A stretch of DNA of 64,000 nt from Camelus ferus (Eukaryota). Numbering within the stretch: position 1 is the stretch's first letter; the number at the start of each line of letters is the position of its first letter. The stretch is taken from the NCBI RefSeq assembly GCF_009834535.1, contig NC_045697.1:49292001-49356000 (forward strand), in the 5' to 3' direction. Of the stretch, positions 1 to 12,543 are shown in pieces. The translations under genes were made by a program, and so were the position numbers. The notes beneath the pieces were generated by a model, which worked only from the letters and a program-made list of their open reading frames with translations, searched no databases and had not been told where the DNA came from.

Positions 1-3000
1 ATAAATATACCACTTCTTCTTTATCCAGTCACCTGTTGATGGACATTTAGGCTGTTTCCATGTTTTGGCTATTGTAAATAGTGCTGCTATGAACATTGGG
101 GTGCAGGTGTCATCCTGAAGTAGATTTCCTTCTGGATACAAGCCCAGGAGTGGGATTCCTGGGTCATATGGTAAGTCTATTCCTAGTCTTTTGAGGAATC
201 TGACACTGCTTTCCATAGTGGCTGCACCAAACTGCATTCCCACCAGCAGTGTAGGAGGGTTCGCCTTTCTCCACAGCCTCTCCAGCATTTGTCATTTGTG
301 GATTTTTGAATGATGGCCATTCTGACTGGTGTGAGGTGATACCTCATTGTAGTTTTGATTTGCATTTCTCTGATAATTAGTGATATTGAGCATTTTTTCA
401 TATGCCTTTTGATCATTTGTATGTCTTCCTTGAAGAATTGCTTGTTTAGGTCTTCTGCCCATTTTTGGATTGGGTTGTTTATTTTTTTCTTATTGAGTCG
501 TATGAGCTGCTTATATATTCTGGAGATCAAGCCTTTGTCGGTTTCACTTGCAAAAATTTTCTCCCATTCCGTAGGTTTTCTTCTTGTTTTATTTCTGGTT
601 TCCTTTGCTGTGCAGAAGCTTGTAAGTTTCATTAGGTCCCATTTGTTTATTCTTGCTTTTATTTCTTCTAGGAGAAAATTTTTGAGATGTATGTCAGATA
701 ATGTTTTGTCTATGTTTTCTTCTAGGAGGTTTATTGTATCTTGTCTTATGTTTAAGTCTTTAATCCATTTTGAGTTGATTTTTGCATATGGTATAAGGGA
801 GTGTTCTAGCTTCATTGTTTTACATGCTGCTGTCCAGTTTTCCCAACACCATTTGCTGAAGAGACTGTCTTTATTCCAATGTATATTCTTGCCTCCTTCG
901 TCAAAGATGAGTTGACCAAAAGTTTGTGGGTTCATTTCTGGGCTCTCTATTCTGTTCCATTGGTCTATATGTCTGTTTTGGTACCAATACCATGCTGTCT
1001 TGATGACTGTAGCTCTATAGTATTGTCTGAAGTCTGGGAGAGTTATTCCTCCAGCCTCTTTCTTTCTCTTCAGTAATGCTTTGGCAATTCTAGGTCTTTG
1101 ATGGTTCCATATGAATTTTATTATGATTTGTTCTAGTTCCGTGAAATATGTCCTGGGTAATTGGATAGGGATTGCATTAAATCTGTAGATTGCCTTGGGC
1201 AGTGTGACCATTTTAACAATATTGATTCTTCCAATCCAAGAGCATGGAATATCTTTCCATTTTTTTAAGTCTTCTTTAATTTCCTTCATCAATGGTTTAT
1301 AGTTTTCTGTGTATAATTCTTTCACCTCCTTGGCTAGATTTATTCCCAGATATTTTATTACTTTGGGTGCTATTTTAAAGGGGATTGTTTCTTTACTTTC
1401 TTCTTCTATTGATTTATCGTTAGTGTAAAGAAATGCAACTGATTTTTGAACGTTAATTTTGTAACCTGCTACCTTGCTGAATTCTTCAATCAGCTCTAGC
1501 AGCTTTTGTGTGGATCTTTTAGGGTTTTCTATATATAGTAACATGTCATCAGCATATAATGACACTTTTACCTCTTCTTTTCCAATTTGGATCCCTTTTA
1601 TTTCTTTCTCTTGCCTGACTGCTGTGGCTAGGACTTCCAGGACTATGTTGAATAGGAGTGGTGATACTGGGCATCCTTGTCTTGTCCCAGATTTTAGTGG
1701 GAAGCTTTCGAGTTTTTCACCGTTCAGTACTATGCTGGCTGTAGGTTTGTCATATATAGCTTTTATTATGTTGAGATATGTTCCCTCTATACCCACTTTG
1801 GCGAGAGTTTTTATCATAAATGGGTGTTGAATTTTATCAAATGCTTTTTCTGCATCGATTGAGATGATCATGTGGTTTTTGTCCTTTCTCTTGTTGATGT
1901 GATGTATTCCACTGATTGATTTGCGTATGTCGAACCATCCTTGTGTCCCTGGGATGAACCCCACTTGGTCATGATGTATAATCTTTTTTATGTGTTGTTG
2001 GATTCTATTTGCTAAAATTTTGGTGAGGATTTTGGCGTCTATGTTCATCAGTGATACTGGCCTATAATTCTCTTTTTTTGTAGTGTCTTTGCCTGGTTTT
2101 GGTATCAGGGTGATGGTGGCTTCATAGAATGAGTTTGGGAGTATTCCCTCCTTTTCAATCGTCTGGAAGAGTTTGAGAAGGACTGGTATGAGTTCTTCTT
2201 TGTATGTTTGGTAGAATTCCCCGGTGAAGCCGTCCGGTCCTGGACTTCTATTTGTAGGGAGGTTTTTAATTGCTATTTCTATTTCCTTTCTAGTGATCGG
2301 ATTGTTCAAGTGTTCAGATTCTTCTTGATTCAGTTTTGGTGGACAGTATGTTTCCAGAAACTTGTCCATCTCCTCTAGGTTATCCAGTTTGGTTCCATAT
2401 AGTTTTTCATAATATTCTCGTATGATATTCTGTATTTCTATTTTGTTTGTTGTAATTTCTCCATTTTCCTTTCTTATTTTGCTAATTTGTGCTCTCTCTT
2501 TTTTCTTCTTTGTGAGTTTGGCCAGAGGTTTGTCGATTTTATTTACTTTTTCAAAAAACCAGCTTTTGGTTTGGTTGATTTTTTCTATGGTCTTGTTAAT
2601 CTCTATTGTATTTAATTCCTCTCTGATCTTTATTATTTCCTTCCTTCTGCTGCTTTTTGGGGCTTTTTGTTCTTCTTTTTCTAATTCATTCAGGTGGTGG
2701 GTTAAATTGTTTATTTGAGATTGTTCTTCTTTTTTGAGGAAGGCCTGTATCGCTATAAACTTCCCTCTTAGCACTGCCTTTGCTGTGTCCCATAGGTTTT
2801 GAGTGGTTGTGCTTTCATTATCATTTGTCTCAAGGTATTTTTTAATTTCAGCTTTGATTTCCTCATTGATCCATTGTTTTTTCAATAACATATTGTTTAA
2901 TCTCCATGCTTTCCTTTTTTTCTCCTTTGTTTCTCTGTTGTTGATTTCCAGTTTCATGGCATTGTGGTCAGTAAAGATGCTTGAGATAATTTCTATCTTC

Positions 3001-3649
3001 TTAAAATTGTTGAGGTTTCTTTTGTGCCCAAGTACATGATTGATCCTGGAAAATGTTCCATGTGCACTTGAAAAGAATGTATATCCTATTTTTGGGGGGT
3101 GTAATGCTCTGAAAATATCCACCAAATCTAGTTTTTCTATTGTAGTATTTAATTTCTCTGTCGCCTTGTTTATTTTCTGTCTGGAAGATCTGTCTAGAGA
3201 TGTTAATGCAGTGTTAAAATCTCCAACTATGATTGTATTCCCATCAGTATCCCCCTTTATCTCTGTTAGTAATTCTTGTATGTACTTAAGTGCTCCTATA
3301 TTGGGTGCATATATATTAACGAGTGTAATATCCTCATCTTGTATCACTCCTTTAATCATTATAAAATGTCCTTCTTTATCTTTCTTTATGGCCTTTGTTT
3401 TAAAGTCTATTTTGTCTGAAATCAGTACTGCAACACCTGCTTTTTTGGCTTTTCCATTTGCATGGAATATCCTTTTCCATCCTTTCACTCTCAATCTATA
3501 TGTGTCCTTCTCCCTAAAGTGGGTCTCTTGTATGCAGCATATTGAAGGTTCTTGCTTTATTATCCAGTCTGCCACTCTGTGTCTTTTGACTGGAGCATTA
3601 GTCCATTAACATTTACAGTAATTAATGATAGATGTGTGTTTATTGCCAT
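1..3649 (-). pseudogene. L1 ORF2 (endonuclease/reverse transcriptase), frameshifted
   Basis: The true start is ATG at 3649 (MAINTHLS...). There is a 1-nt deletion near 3599 (GGACTAATGC versus GGACTAAATGC in the copy at 34040). The frame is then open to about 205, where a second frameshift occurs in WKAV(W)RF. The EN motif SRIDH reads SRINH. Confidence 0.9.
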
Positions 3650-4053
3650 TTTGAACTTATCTTTGCAGTTGAATTGGTATATCCTCTTTGTTCCTTTCTT
3701 CTTCCTTTTGTGGTTTGGTAATTTTCCTTTGTATTTTCATGGATTTTATTTAATTTTTGTGACTCCTTTGTAAATTTTTGGCTTGTGGTTACCCTTTTTT
3801 GTAAATCTATCAACCCATTACTATAACTGTTTTTATTAAACTGATAGTAACGTGATCTCAAACCCATCCTACTGTTAAAAAAATTTAAAAAAGAAAGAAA
3901 AAAATATTCTATATTTCCCTGCCTCCCTCTCCCACTCTCAGTGATCTGTATGTCTTCTTTTATAATTTCATGTTTACTTTATTTGTAATTCATGAGTTAT
4001 CACCTTTCCAGTTGTGTGTTTCTCATTTCTGTAGCATCCTGCTGCTTTTCTAT

Positions 4054-4962
4054 TTAGAATAGCCCTTTCAATATTTCTTTTAGCATGGGTTTAGTGTTGC
4101 TAAACTCCTGCAGCTTTTTTTTTTTTTGTCTGTGAAACTCTTTACTTCTCCTTCTATCCTCAAGGATAGCCTTGCTGGATAAAGGATCCTAGGCTGCATC
4201 TTTTTTTCATTCAGGGCTTTGAACATATCTTGCCACTCCCTTCTGGCCTGTAGTGTTTGTGTAGAGAAATCAGCTGAGAGCCTTATGGGGGTTCCCTTGT
4301 AACTTACTCTTTGCTTTTCTCTTGCTGCCTTTAGAATCATTTCTTTATCCTTGACTCTGGCCATCTTGATTATGATATGTCTTGGTGTGGGTCTATTTGG
4401 GTTCTTCCTGTTTGGGACCCTCTGAGCTTCCTGTACTTGGATATCTGATTCCTTCTTTAAGTTTGGGAAGTTTTCAGTCATGATTTCTTCAAAAACCTTT
4501 TCAATCCCCTTTGATCTTTCCTCTCCTTCTGGGACCCCTATTATGCGAAGATTGGGACGCTTTATATTATCCCATAGGTCCCTTATGCTATTTTCATTAT
4601 TTTTTATTTGCTCCTCTTGTAGTTCTTCTGAATGGGTGCTTTCTATTGCCCTGTCTTCTAGATCACTAATTCGTTCCTCTGCATTATCTGGTCGGCTTTG
4701 CACAGCTATTAGATCATTCCTCATCTCTGTCAATGAGTTTACCCATTCTACTTGGCTCTTCTTTATAGCTTCAATTTCATTTTTGACATATTTTATATCT
4801 CTAAACACTCTCTCTTTTAATTCCTTCAGCAATTCGATCACTCCTTTTTTGAAATCTTGATCTAGTAGGCTTATCGATGTCTATTTCGTTGATCTTTCTT
4901 TCAGGGGATTTCTCTTGTTCTTTTAATTGGGAAAGGTTTTTCTGCTTCTTCATCTTGCTCAT
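4054..4962 (-). pseudogene. L1 ORF1, frameshifted
   Basis: Reads MSKMKKQKNLSQLKEQEKSP... with a +1 shift near 4871. The 253-aa ORF contains RPNLRIIGVPE, RHIIIK, ARREW and YPARL. A second shift lies in the T-run at 4114-4127. Confidence 0.88.
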
Positions 4963-6655
4963 ACCTCTTTGGCACTGTGGTTTATGGAGTATCAGTTGTT
5001 TATTTTGGTCCTTAATGATTTTCTCTCTCTGATGCCTATTTAGGAATAGAACTTAGGAAAAAAAGAAAAAAAATGAGAGAGAGAGAAAGAATTTTAAAAG
5101 AAGGGAGAAAGAGGGTTTGAAAACAGTGTATAATGAATAACAGAAGAGTGAGCTGGAGCAGAGTATTAATCGGGTTGAGACGTCCTTTTGAAACCTTTAC
5201 AAAAAAAGGGGGGGGGGAGATGAATAGATGTATTTGAAACCTGTGTCTAATCAATAGCAGGACATCAAAACCCAAGAGAAATAGAAATGAATTAAGAAGT
5301 AAAGATTAACAGAGTAATAGAAAATAGAACAGGTAAAAACAGATTAAAAAAAAAAAAGTGGGGGGTTTGTCAGTGTTCTCCTGGAGTCTGTGTGCTTTTA
5401 ATGTGAAGTCCTTCTGTCTTCGTCCTGTTTTGGAAGCTCAGCTTGCTGTTTTCAGAGGCCCTCCGTTGGCGCCCTCTTCTGTGCTGCTCCCAGCACCTGT
5501 CGGCAAGCAGATCGCGCCTCTTCCTAACACTGGGTCAGGTGCAGCTCTCTGCTGTGGGCGAGCGGGTCGCTGCCCCTCCGGATGCCGCAGTCAGATGTTT
5601 CAGACTGGCCGGGTAGGAGGGCAGGTCGTGCCCCCTCCCAGCACCTCGGTCAGGAGCTGTGTTCCTGCCCGAAAGGCGGGGGGCCGCTCTCGCTCTACCT
5701 GCGCCGCTGGTAGCTCCGCTGCTCTGTGCGGCTGCGCGCCCCGCCAGGGTCGGCGCCCCTTCCTGGTCGGCGCTCCGCGGGTGGGCTGGGGGAAGACCGA
5801 GGGACAGCCTTGTCCCTGCTCCGAGCCAAAACCCAGCTCCTTGTTTGTCTTTGTGGAGCAAGTTCTCTGAGGGACCAGGATGGAAGGATCCTATCTGCCC
5901 CGGGCTGCAGGCCAGTCTCAGTCTGGCCTTTGAGGCTGCTAAGCCCTTCGGTGCGGATGCAGGTTTCGCCCCACCCCCGCCTGAGTGCTCAGCACGGAGA
6001 ATAAGGCGGCTGCGCCTGAGCCCCGCCTCTCTTCCCCCGAAAACCCTCCGCGGGTTCTCAGAGATGGGGGCGTGCACCCTTCCCCCGAGAGCACATCAAC
6101 CTTGCTGTTTTATGGAGGGCGCAGGTTGTTCTGCCCTGTGCACCCACAGCCACAGCGCGCAGCCCCTTGCGTTCCCCCGGGGCTGCCTCCGTGCAGCCAC
6201 TTCCGTCCTCCGCCCGGCTTGTGCAGCCTGGCCCTGGCCCTGCCTGCTGATGCCGGCCCACGTCTCAGGCTGGGTGTCTGGGGGACGCTCTGTGCCCGTT
6301 TAACTTAGTTCTGTTAGTCAAGGGCTGCTCTGTACAGATCCGAGCCTCGGAGGCTCCCCCTCCGTCCCGCTGGCCTCTCAGTTGGAGAGGGGAGACCCAG
6401 CGAGTGAGTGCCAGTCCTCCTTTGCCGCTCCCTCCCTGCGGGACCCATCCCGTGCTGCTTTGCCTTTTGTTCTTTCTTTTTTCCTTTTCTCCTACCAGAT
6501 TTTTGGCATCTTTATCTTTTGAAGAGGGCGATGTTCTGTCGGAGTTCCACAGGTGCTCTGGTTGGCTGAGTGGGTCTGTAGATGTGGGTCTTGGTGTATT
6601 TGTGGGAGAGGGTGACCTGCGAGCGTCCTTCGACTCCGCCATCTTCTCCGTCTCT

Positions 6656-8276
6656 CTGTACAGTCTTTAGGTCAGCTCTCATCTCAGCAAATGAGTTTAC
6701 TAATTCTACTTGGTTCTTCTTTATAGCTTCTATTTCGTTTTTGACATATTTTATATCTCTAAACACTATTTCTTTTAGTTCCTTCAATACTTTTATCACT
6801 CCTTTTTTGAAATCTTGATCTAGTAGGCCATCAGTGTCTATTTCCTTGATCGTGCTTTCAGGGGATTTCTCTTAATCTTTTAATTGGGAGTGGTTCCTCT
6901 GCTTCTTCATATCGCTCATATCTCTCTGGCACTGTGGCTTAAGGAGTATCAGTTTTCTAGTTCTCCTGGAGACAGTGTGCTCCTAATGATTTTATTGAGA
7001 GGTCTTTGTGTCTTTGTTCTCTTTCGCAAACTCAGCATGCCATTTCCAGAGGCCCTTGGTTGGCGCCCTCATCTGTGCTGCTCCCAGTGGCTGCTGGCTA
7101 GCAGATCGCGCCCCCTCCCAACACTGGGTCAGGTGCTGAGGTCTTACCTGGTGGGTGGGCGGGTCACTCCCCCTCCCGATGCCGCAGTCAGATGCTGGGC
7201 TCAGGCGAGGCAGGTGGGTGGATCGCGCCCCCTCCCAGCATGGTGGTCAGGTGCTGCGTTCCTGCCAGGAAAGCGGGTTGCTGCCCCTCCTCTCCTGCCA
7301 GGAAAGCAGTTGCTGCCTGCTGCTCTGTGCAGCTACCCACTCCGCCTCCGGTCAGTGCTCTGAAGGCGGGATCAGGGAAGACCGCAAAACGGCCCAGTCC
7401 CGCTCCGTGTCAAATCAACTCCTTGTTTGTCTTGGCGGCGCGAGTTCTCTGAGGTGCCAGGGCAGAAAGATCCTATCTGCCTCGGGCTGTAAACAAGTGT
7501 CAGTCCTTCCTAGGAGGTTGCAGAGCCCCCGGGTGCGGATTCAGGGCTTGGCCCCGCCACAGCCCCCGCCCCCACCCAGGTGCTGCACACAGGAGGAGAT
7601 GGCAGCTGTGGCTGCGCCCCGCCTCTCTTCTCTGGAGAAGCACCAGTAATGACGGCGCAGGTCTGAGGAGACAAGGGCTACAGCACCCCTCCACCCAGGG
7701 AACACCAGCCATCTTGCTTTGCTTTTTTTTTGCAATTTATGGGGAACTGAGGTTGTTCTGCTCCGTATCCCCTCCCAGCTACAGCGCGCAGCACCCTGCA
7801 GTCCCTCAGGGCTGCCTCAGTGCAGCTGCCCCAGTCCTCCACAGGGCTCAGGCAGCCTGTCCCGGCCCCAACTGCTGGCTCGTGTCTTGGGCTGGGTGTT
7901 GCAGGGACCCTTTGTGCCCGTTTAACTCAGTTCTGTCGGTCAAGGGGTGCTCGGGGCAGATCTGAGCCTCAGCGGCTCCCCCTCCGTCTTGCCGGCCTCT
8001 CCGTTGGAGAGGGAGACCCAGTGAACAAGCGCCAGTCCTCCTTTGCCGCTCCCTCACCACAGGACTGGTCCCACACTGGTTTGCTTTTTCTTCTTTCTTT
8101 TTTCCTTTCCTCTTACCAGATTTTTGGTGTCGTTGTCTTTCGAAAAGGGCGATGTTCTGTCGGAGTTCGGCAGGTGTTCTGGTTGGCTGAGTAGGTCCGT
8201 AGATGTGAGTTTTGGTGTATTTGTGGGAGAGGGTGAGCTACAAGCATCCTTCTACTCCACCACCTTGCTTCTCTCC
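6656..8276 (-). mobile_element. 5' portion (5'UTR plus start of ORF1) of a second, older L1 interrupted by the younger L1
   Basis: The ORF1 fragment VIKVLKELKEIVFRDIKYVKNEIEAIKKNQVELVNSFAEMRADLKTVQ is cut off at about 6656. Its 5'UTR (about 6930-8276) is a diverged paralogue of 5450-6650. Confidence 0.92.
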
Positions 8277-8383
8277 AAGACTAAGAGGTTTTGACAACTT
8301 GTACTGGTTGATAAAATAACTTAAACGCAGGATATGTCTAAATAAATAAATGATTTCAAAATAAAATGTAATGATAACTCTCC

Positions 8384-9210
8384 AGAGAAATGCAAATCAA
8401 AACTACAATGAGGTATCACCTCACACTAGTCAGAATGGCCATCATTAAAAAGTCCACAAATGATATATGCTGTGAAAGGTGTGGAGAAAAAGTTACCCTC
8501 CTACATAGTTGGTGGGAATGTAGTTTGGTGCAGCCATTATGGAAACAGTATGGAGATTTCTCAAAAAACTAAAAACAGACTTACTATATGATCCAGAAAT
8601 TCCTTGGGTATATATCTGGAGGGAACTCTAATTCGAAAAGATACAAGCACCCCAATGTTCATAGCAGCACTGTTTACAATAGCCAAGACATGGAAACCTA
8701 AATGTCCATCAACAGATGACTGGATAAGGAAGCTGTGGTATATTTATACAATGGAATACTATTCGGTCATAAAAAAGAATAAAATAATGCCATCTGTGGC
8801 AACATGAATAGATCTAGAGATTGTCATTCTAAGTGAAGCCAGAAAGAGAAAGAAAAATACCACATGATATCACTCATATGCAGAATCAAAAAAAAAAAAA
8901 AGAAAAAAGAAGAGACTAATGAACTCACCTACAAAACAGAAACAGACTCGCAGACATAGTAAACAATCTATGGTTACTAAGGGGAAAAGGAGTGGGAAGG
9001 GATAGATTTGGGAGGTTGAGATTTTCAAATATTAACTACTATATATAAAAATAGATTAAAAAAACAATTTTCTTTTGTATAGCATAGGGAACTATATTCA
9101 GTATCTTATAATAACCTTTAATGAAAAATATGAAAACAAATATGTATATCTATGACTGGACACTATGCAGAGATTGACAAAGTATAACTGACTACACTTC
9201 AGTTTTTAAA
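8384..9210 (+). mobile_element. 5'-truncated LINE-1 (ORF2 C-terminus plus 3'UTR)
   Basis: Encodes [12 protein letters not shown]...LHSWWEC...PMFIAALFTIAKTW. Its 3'UTR resembles 24920-25250. Degenerate TSD: AAAATGTAATGATAACTCTCC (8363-8383) and AAAATGTAATAATTCTCC (about 9209-9226). Confidence 0.93.
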
Positions 9211-10169
9211 AATGTAATAATTCTCCCCAAAAAAGTTGAGTAATCCAAAATAATCATCTGAAAATAGTAAACTAGTTATAAATCCCAGGTTATACTAAAA
9301 AAAAAAAAAAAACTAGGAAATAAGAAATATTTGAAAGAAAGTTACAGTGATTTTTTTTCTCATCTTACAAAGGGAGGAAACAGAAGATTCTATTCATGGT
9401 AGATGTAAATAATTAGAAAAAGGCAGGTAAAAACACTTTTAAGGTTACTAGCAAAACATAAAACAAAGTATTTTGTTCAAATCATGTCAGAAAATGTTAA
9501 AGAAAATATATTCAAAGTTAGAAAGAAACCAAGGAAAACAAACACAGAAAAGAAACAGCAAGGAAGCATTTTTAAAAGCTTACAGATTATCAATTACACA
9601 ATAAATAATTAAATTCACCTATTTAAAAGTCCCTTTGATATGATGTTTAAGTGTACGCAAGTGACATATTTAAAGTAGATTTAGAAAACTAAAGAGGAAA
9701 AAGTAAAGATACAAAGAAAACAAGAGTTACATCAAAGCAAAATCCAAGAAATAAAAACAACACACGAGAAAAAAAGAATCTTTTATAAAAATCTACAACT
9801 TACACAACTTTATGTACTAAAATAAGTGTTTGAGATATACATATATGTAAAAATTGTTAAACATGCAAAAAGAAACGGATATAAATTCAGAAGTACAGTT
9901 CTTCAGGAGACTTCATTAGCTGTTATAGTCAGCAAAATAGAAACAAGGTGAAATTAAAAGGTTGTCTGATGTTAAAATAGGCCTCATATATGATTTAAAA
10001 ACAAGGAAAGAGAAAAAATTAGGTTTTTTAAAAGAATGTTCCTTTGTATAGTTATATGAAGGACAGAGGATGAATTCACAGGACTGAAAACAGGAAGACA
10101 ATCTTCTTGAATGAAAGAATGAACAGCAATCAGAATTCCACTGCCCCAGGTAATCCAACAATTAAATAC

Positions 10170-10412
10170 ATTTCTAGGAAATGCTACCTTAAGGCTAGTT
10201 CCCATCTGGGTGTATCCTATTCTAACTTATACAGCTCTTTACTGTCTACAAACTGCTTTCACAGTCGTATCACTTTCAACATTGAACAAAAGGAAAGGAC
10301 AGTAATACTTAGATGAGAACAAAACAGAAACTCTTGGAAGAAAGGAACATGACACAAGGAGGGAAATTCCTGTGCCATAAGAGGATTGTGTACAGAATGC
10401 TTTATATATACC
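10170..10412 (+). promoter_or_regulatory. CXCL11 proximal promoter
   Basis: GAS-like TTCTAGGAA at 10172-10180, ISRE-like GAACAAAACAGAAACT at 10317-10332, NF-kB GGGAAATTCC at 10361-10370 and TATA-like TTTATATATA at 10401-10410, all upstream of the ATG at 10495. Confidence 0.85.
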
Positions 10413-10494
10413 AATTAAGAATTTTCTTCCATGCTCAGCATTCCTACTCCCTCCAAGAAGAGTCTCAAAGTCCAAGCAGCAGCAACAGACAAAC

Positions 10495-11713
10495 ATGAGT
10501 ATGAAGAGCATGGTTATAGTCTTGGCTGTGATATTCTGTGCTACAACTGTGAAAGGTATATGGTACTTTTTACTTCTAAACCTGTAAGTTTCTTTTCTAA
10601 TGCTTCAAATGTCTTTTCTTCCACTTTTATACTAAAAGATACAGTAAATTTTTATTTAACCTTACACATTAGAAGTTACTACAGCTTTGGTAGAGAATAT
10701 TGGAAATACTTTAAACATCAGAGATGATTGCTGAAACTAACAGTGATAATTTCATGGAATTTATTTGGCTACAGAATTGGCAGGAGGCTTTAGTAATATT
10801 TAAATGTTTGCTAAGAAGATTTTATATGAGATAATGTTATTAGCTTCCTGGAAAAATTTTTGAGCATAAAAGCAAGAGGCAGATAAGCTTGATATCTAAT
10901 AAACTTCTTTCATGCTTTTCTTTATTCTTTAATGGTTTGCTTACAAATTCAAAGAGGAAATCATCAATTTCTTACTTAAGCTCCTTTTCCAGTAAGAGCA
11001 GTGTCGACTGCTGTCTGACAAACTATCTTTATCCTTAATGAAAACTTGGCCCATCTCCTTCAACAAGACGATAAACTACAGCCATCTGTTGCAATCAGAT
11101 GAATTAGTAACTGATGCTATGATCTGTTCTAGGATTTCCCATGTTTAAAGGGGGACGGTGTCTTTGCACAGGCCGTGGAGTAAAAGCAGTGAAAGTGGCA
11201 GACATTGAGAAAGTCTCCATAATTTACCCAACTAATAACTGTGACAAAACAGAAGTGATGTAAGTAACGTACTCAATGAAGATGACATTGGTGGTGGCTT
11301 TTTGTTTTGTTTTTATGTTTTTCCATCCAAAATTTAAGACTGTTTGGATCTTCCTTTAACAGTATCACTCTGAAAGCACATAAGGGACAAAGATGCCTAA
11401 ATTCCAAGTCAAAGCAAGCAAATGTTATAATCAAGGTAGGTTACCAGATTACTTCCATTTTATAATCTGTTTTTTCCAAGAGAAATCTTTTGAAAAAATA
11501 AAGACAACTGCAGAATGATTCTGTTATGATCCTGTGTGAAGTGTTCTGATAAGGGGTTTTTGGTTATAACTAGCTTCCCTTTCCTGCCATACGTTTTCTC
11601 AAGTCAACTCTTAAATCGCTGGGAAACAAGAACAGATCAAGTTTGTAAAAACTCTCATCTTCTCATTACAGAAAGTTGAAAGAATGAATTTTTTGAAATA
11701 TCAGAACATATGA
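10495..11713 (+). CDS. CXCL11: C-X-C motif chemokine 11 (I-TAC), 100 aa, 4 exons
   Basis: join(10495..10555,11133..11259,11363..11435,11672..11713), all introns GT-AG, exons 61/127/73/42 nt. Protein: [100 protein letters not shown]. Confidence 0.98.
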
Positions 11714-12388
11714 AGTCCTGGGAAAGAGGATTTGAAAACCTAGAACAACTTACTGTGACTACTGAAATGATGGGAATTCTTAATAGGAAACTGACTTTCT
11801 GCTGCCTGTTGCAATGTACACTCATGCATTTCAAGGTTTAGGAAACTTTCTAGGAGGTTTTATGCTTATAACTATTCTGCTGTGGCTATAAAAACATCTC
11901 TGTCTCTAAAAGTTATGTCTGTACTTGATCTATATATTTCATGTTACACTATAACATTATTACTGGAGTCAAGACCATGGCTTGTAAGTCAAAAGCACCC
12001 ATGTGTGTAATAAACATTCCTGAAGTAATTTTTTATTCAAATCCACATTTCTTTCCCCCCAAATTATATATGCATATAAATGGAAAAAGTTTTTATATAT
12101 CACCTTGTTTTATTTTTTTTAAGTCTGTAATTCATGAAATATACTATGAAGATAATTATAAGGTAAGGGTAACTAGTAACAGTGCAAATATTTTATAACT
12201 GAGTAAGTAGCTCTGATCTTGGGGTTTTTTTTTTAACAACTTGGCTTTTTTTTCATTGAGATGTTTTGAAGCAATTAGGATATATGTGTTTACCATGAAT
12301 TTTGGTTTATCTATTCTTATAAATTATAGCAGTATTTTGGACATATTTTAAACATGAAATTCTTTGTCTACCAAAGTAAATGTTGAAA

Positions 12389-12543
12389 AATAAATATATA
12401 TGCTCATCTGGCAATCACCTTTACTTTGTGATTCTTTTGCTTAGAAAAATGTCTTTTTTTAAGTCATACCTCTGTGATAAAAGTTAGGGATATCTAAAAT
12501 AGTTTCACATTGAAAAAAATCAAAATAATTTTTCTCTAATAAA
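12389..12543 (+). terminator. Candidate CXCL11 polyadenylation signals
   Basis: AATAAA at 12389-12394 and 12538-12543 (also 12009-12014) in an AT-rich 3'UTR. Confidence 0.55.

Larger units (their letters stand above)
1..6655 (-). mobile_element. Near-full-length, relatively young LINE-1 (CpG-rich 5'UTR, ORF1, ORF2); the 3' end runs off the left edge
   Basis: The 1130-aa ORF has an APE endonuclease (GDFN), an RT (LYADDM) and a C-terminal CCHC region. ORF1 lies at 4054-4962, the GC-rich 5'UTR at about 5400-6650, and a YY1-type AAGATGGC at 6645-6638. Confidence 0.97.

Noticed and set aside
355..3773. Hydrophobic plus-strand ORFs of up to 189 aa
   Set aside because: They are antisense shadows of the A-rich L1 ORF2.
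5358..8294. Overlapping GC-rich ORFs of up to 214 aa
   Set aside because: They lie in L1 5'UTRs, where high GC suppresses stop codons, and show no recognisable protein.
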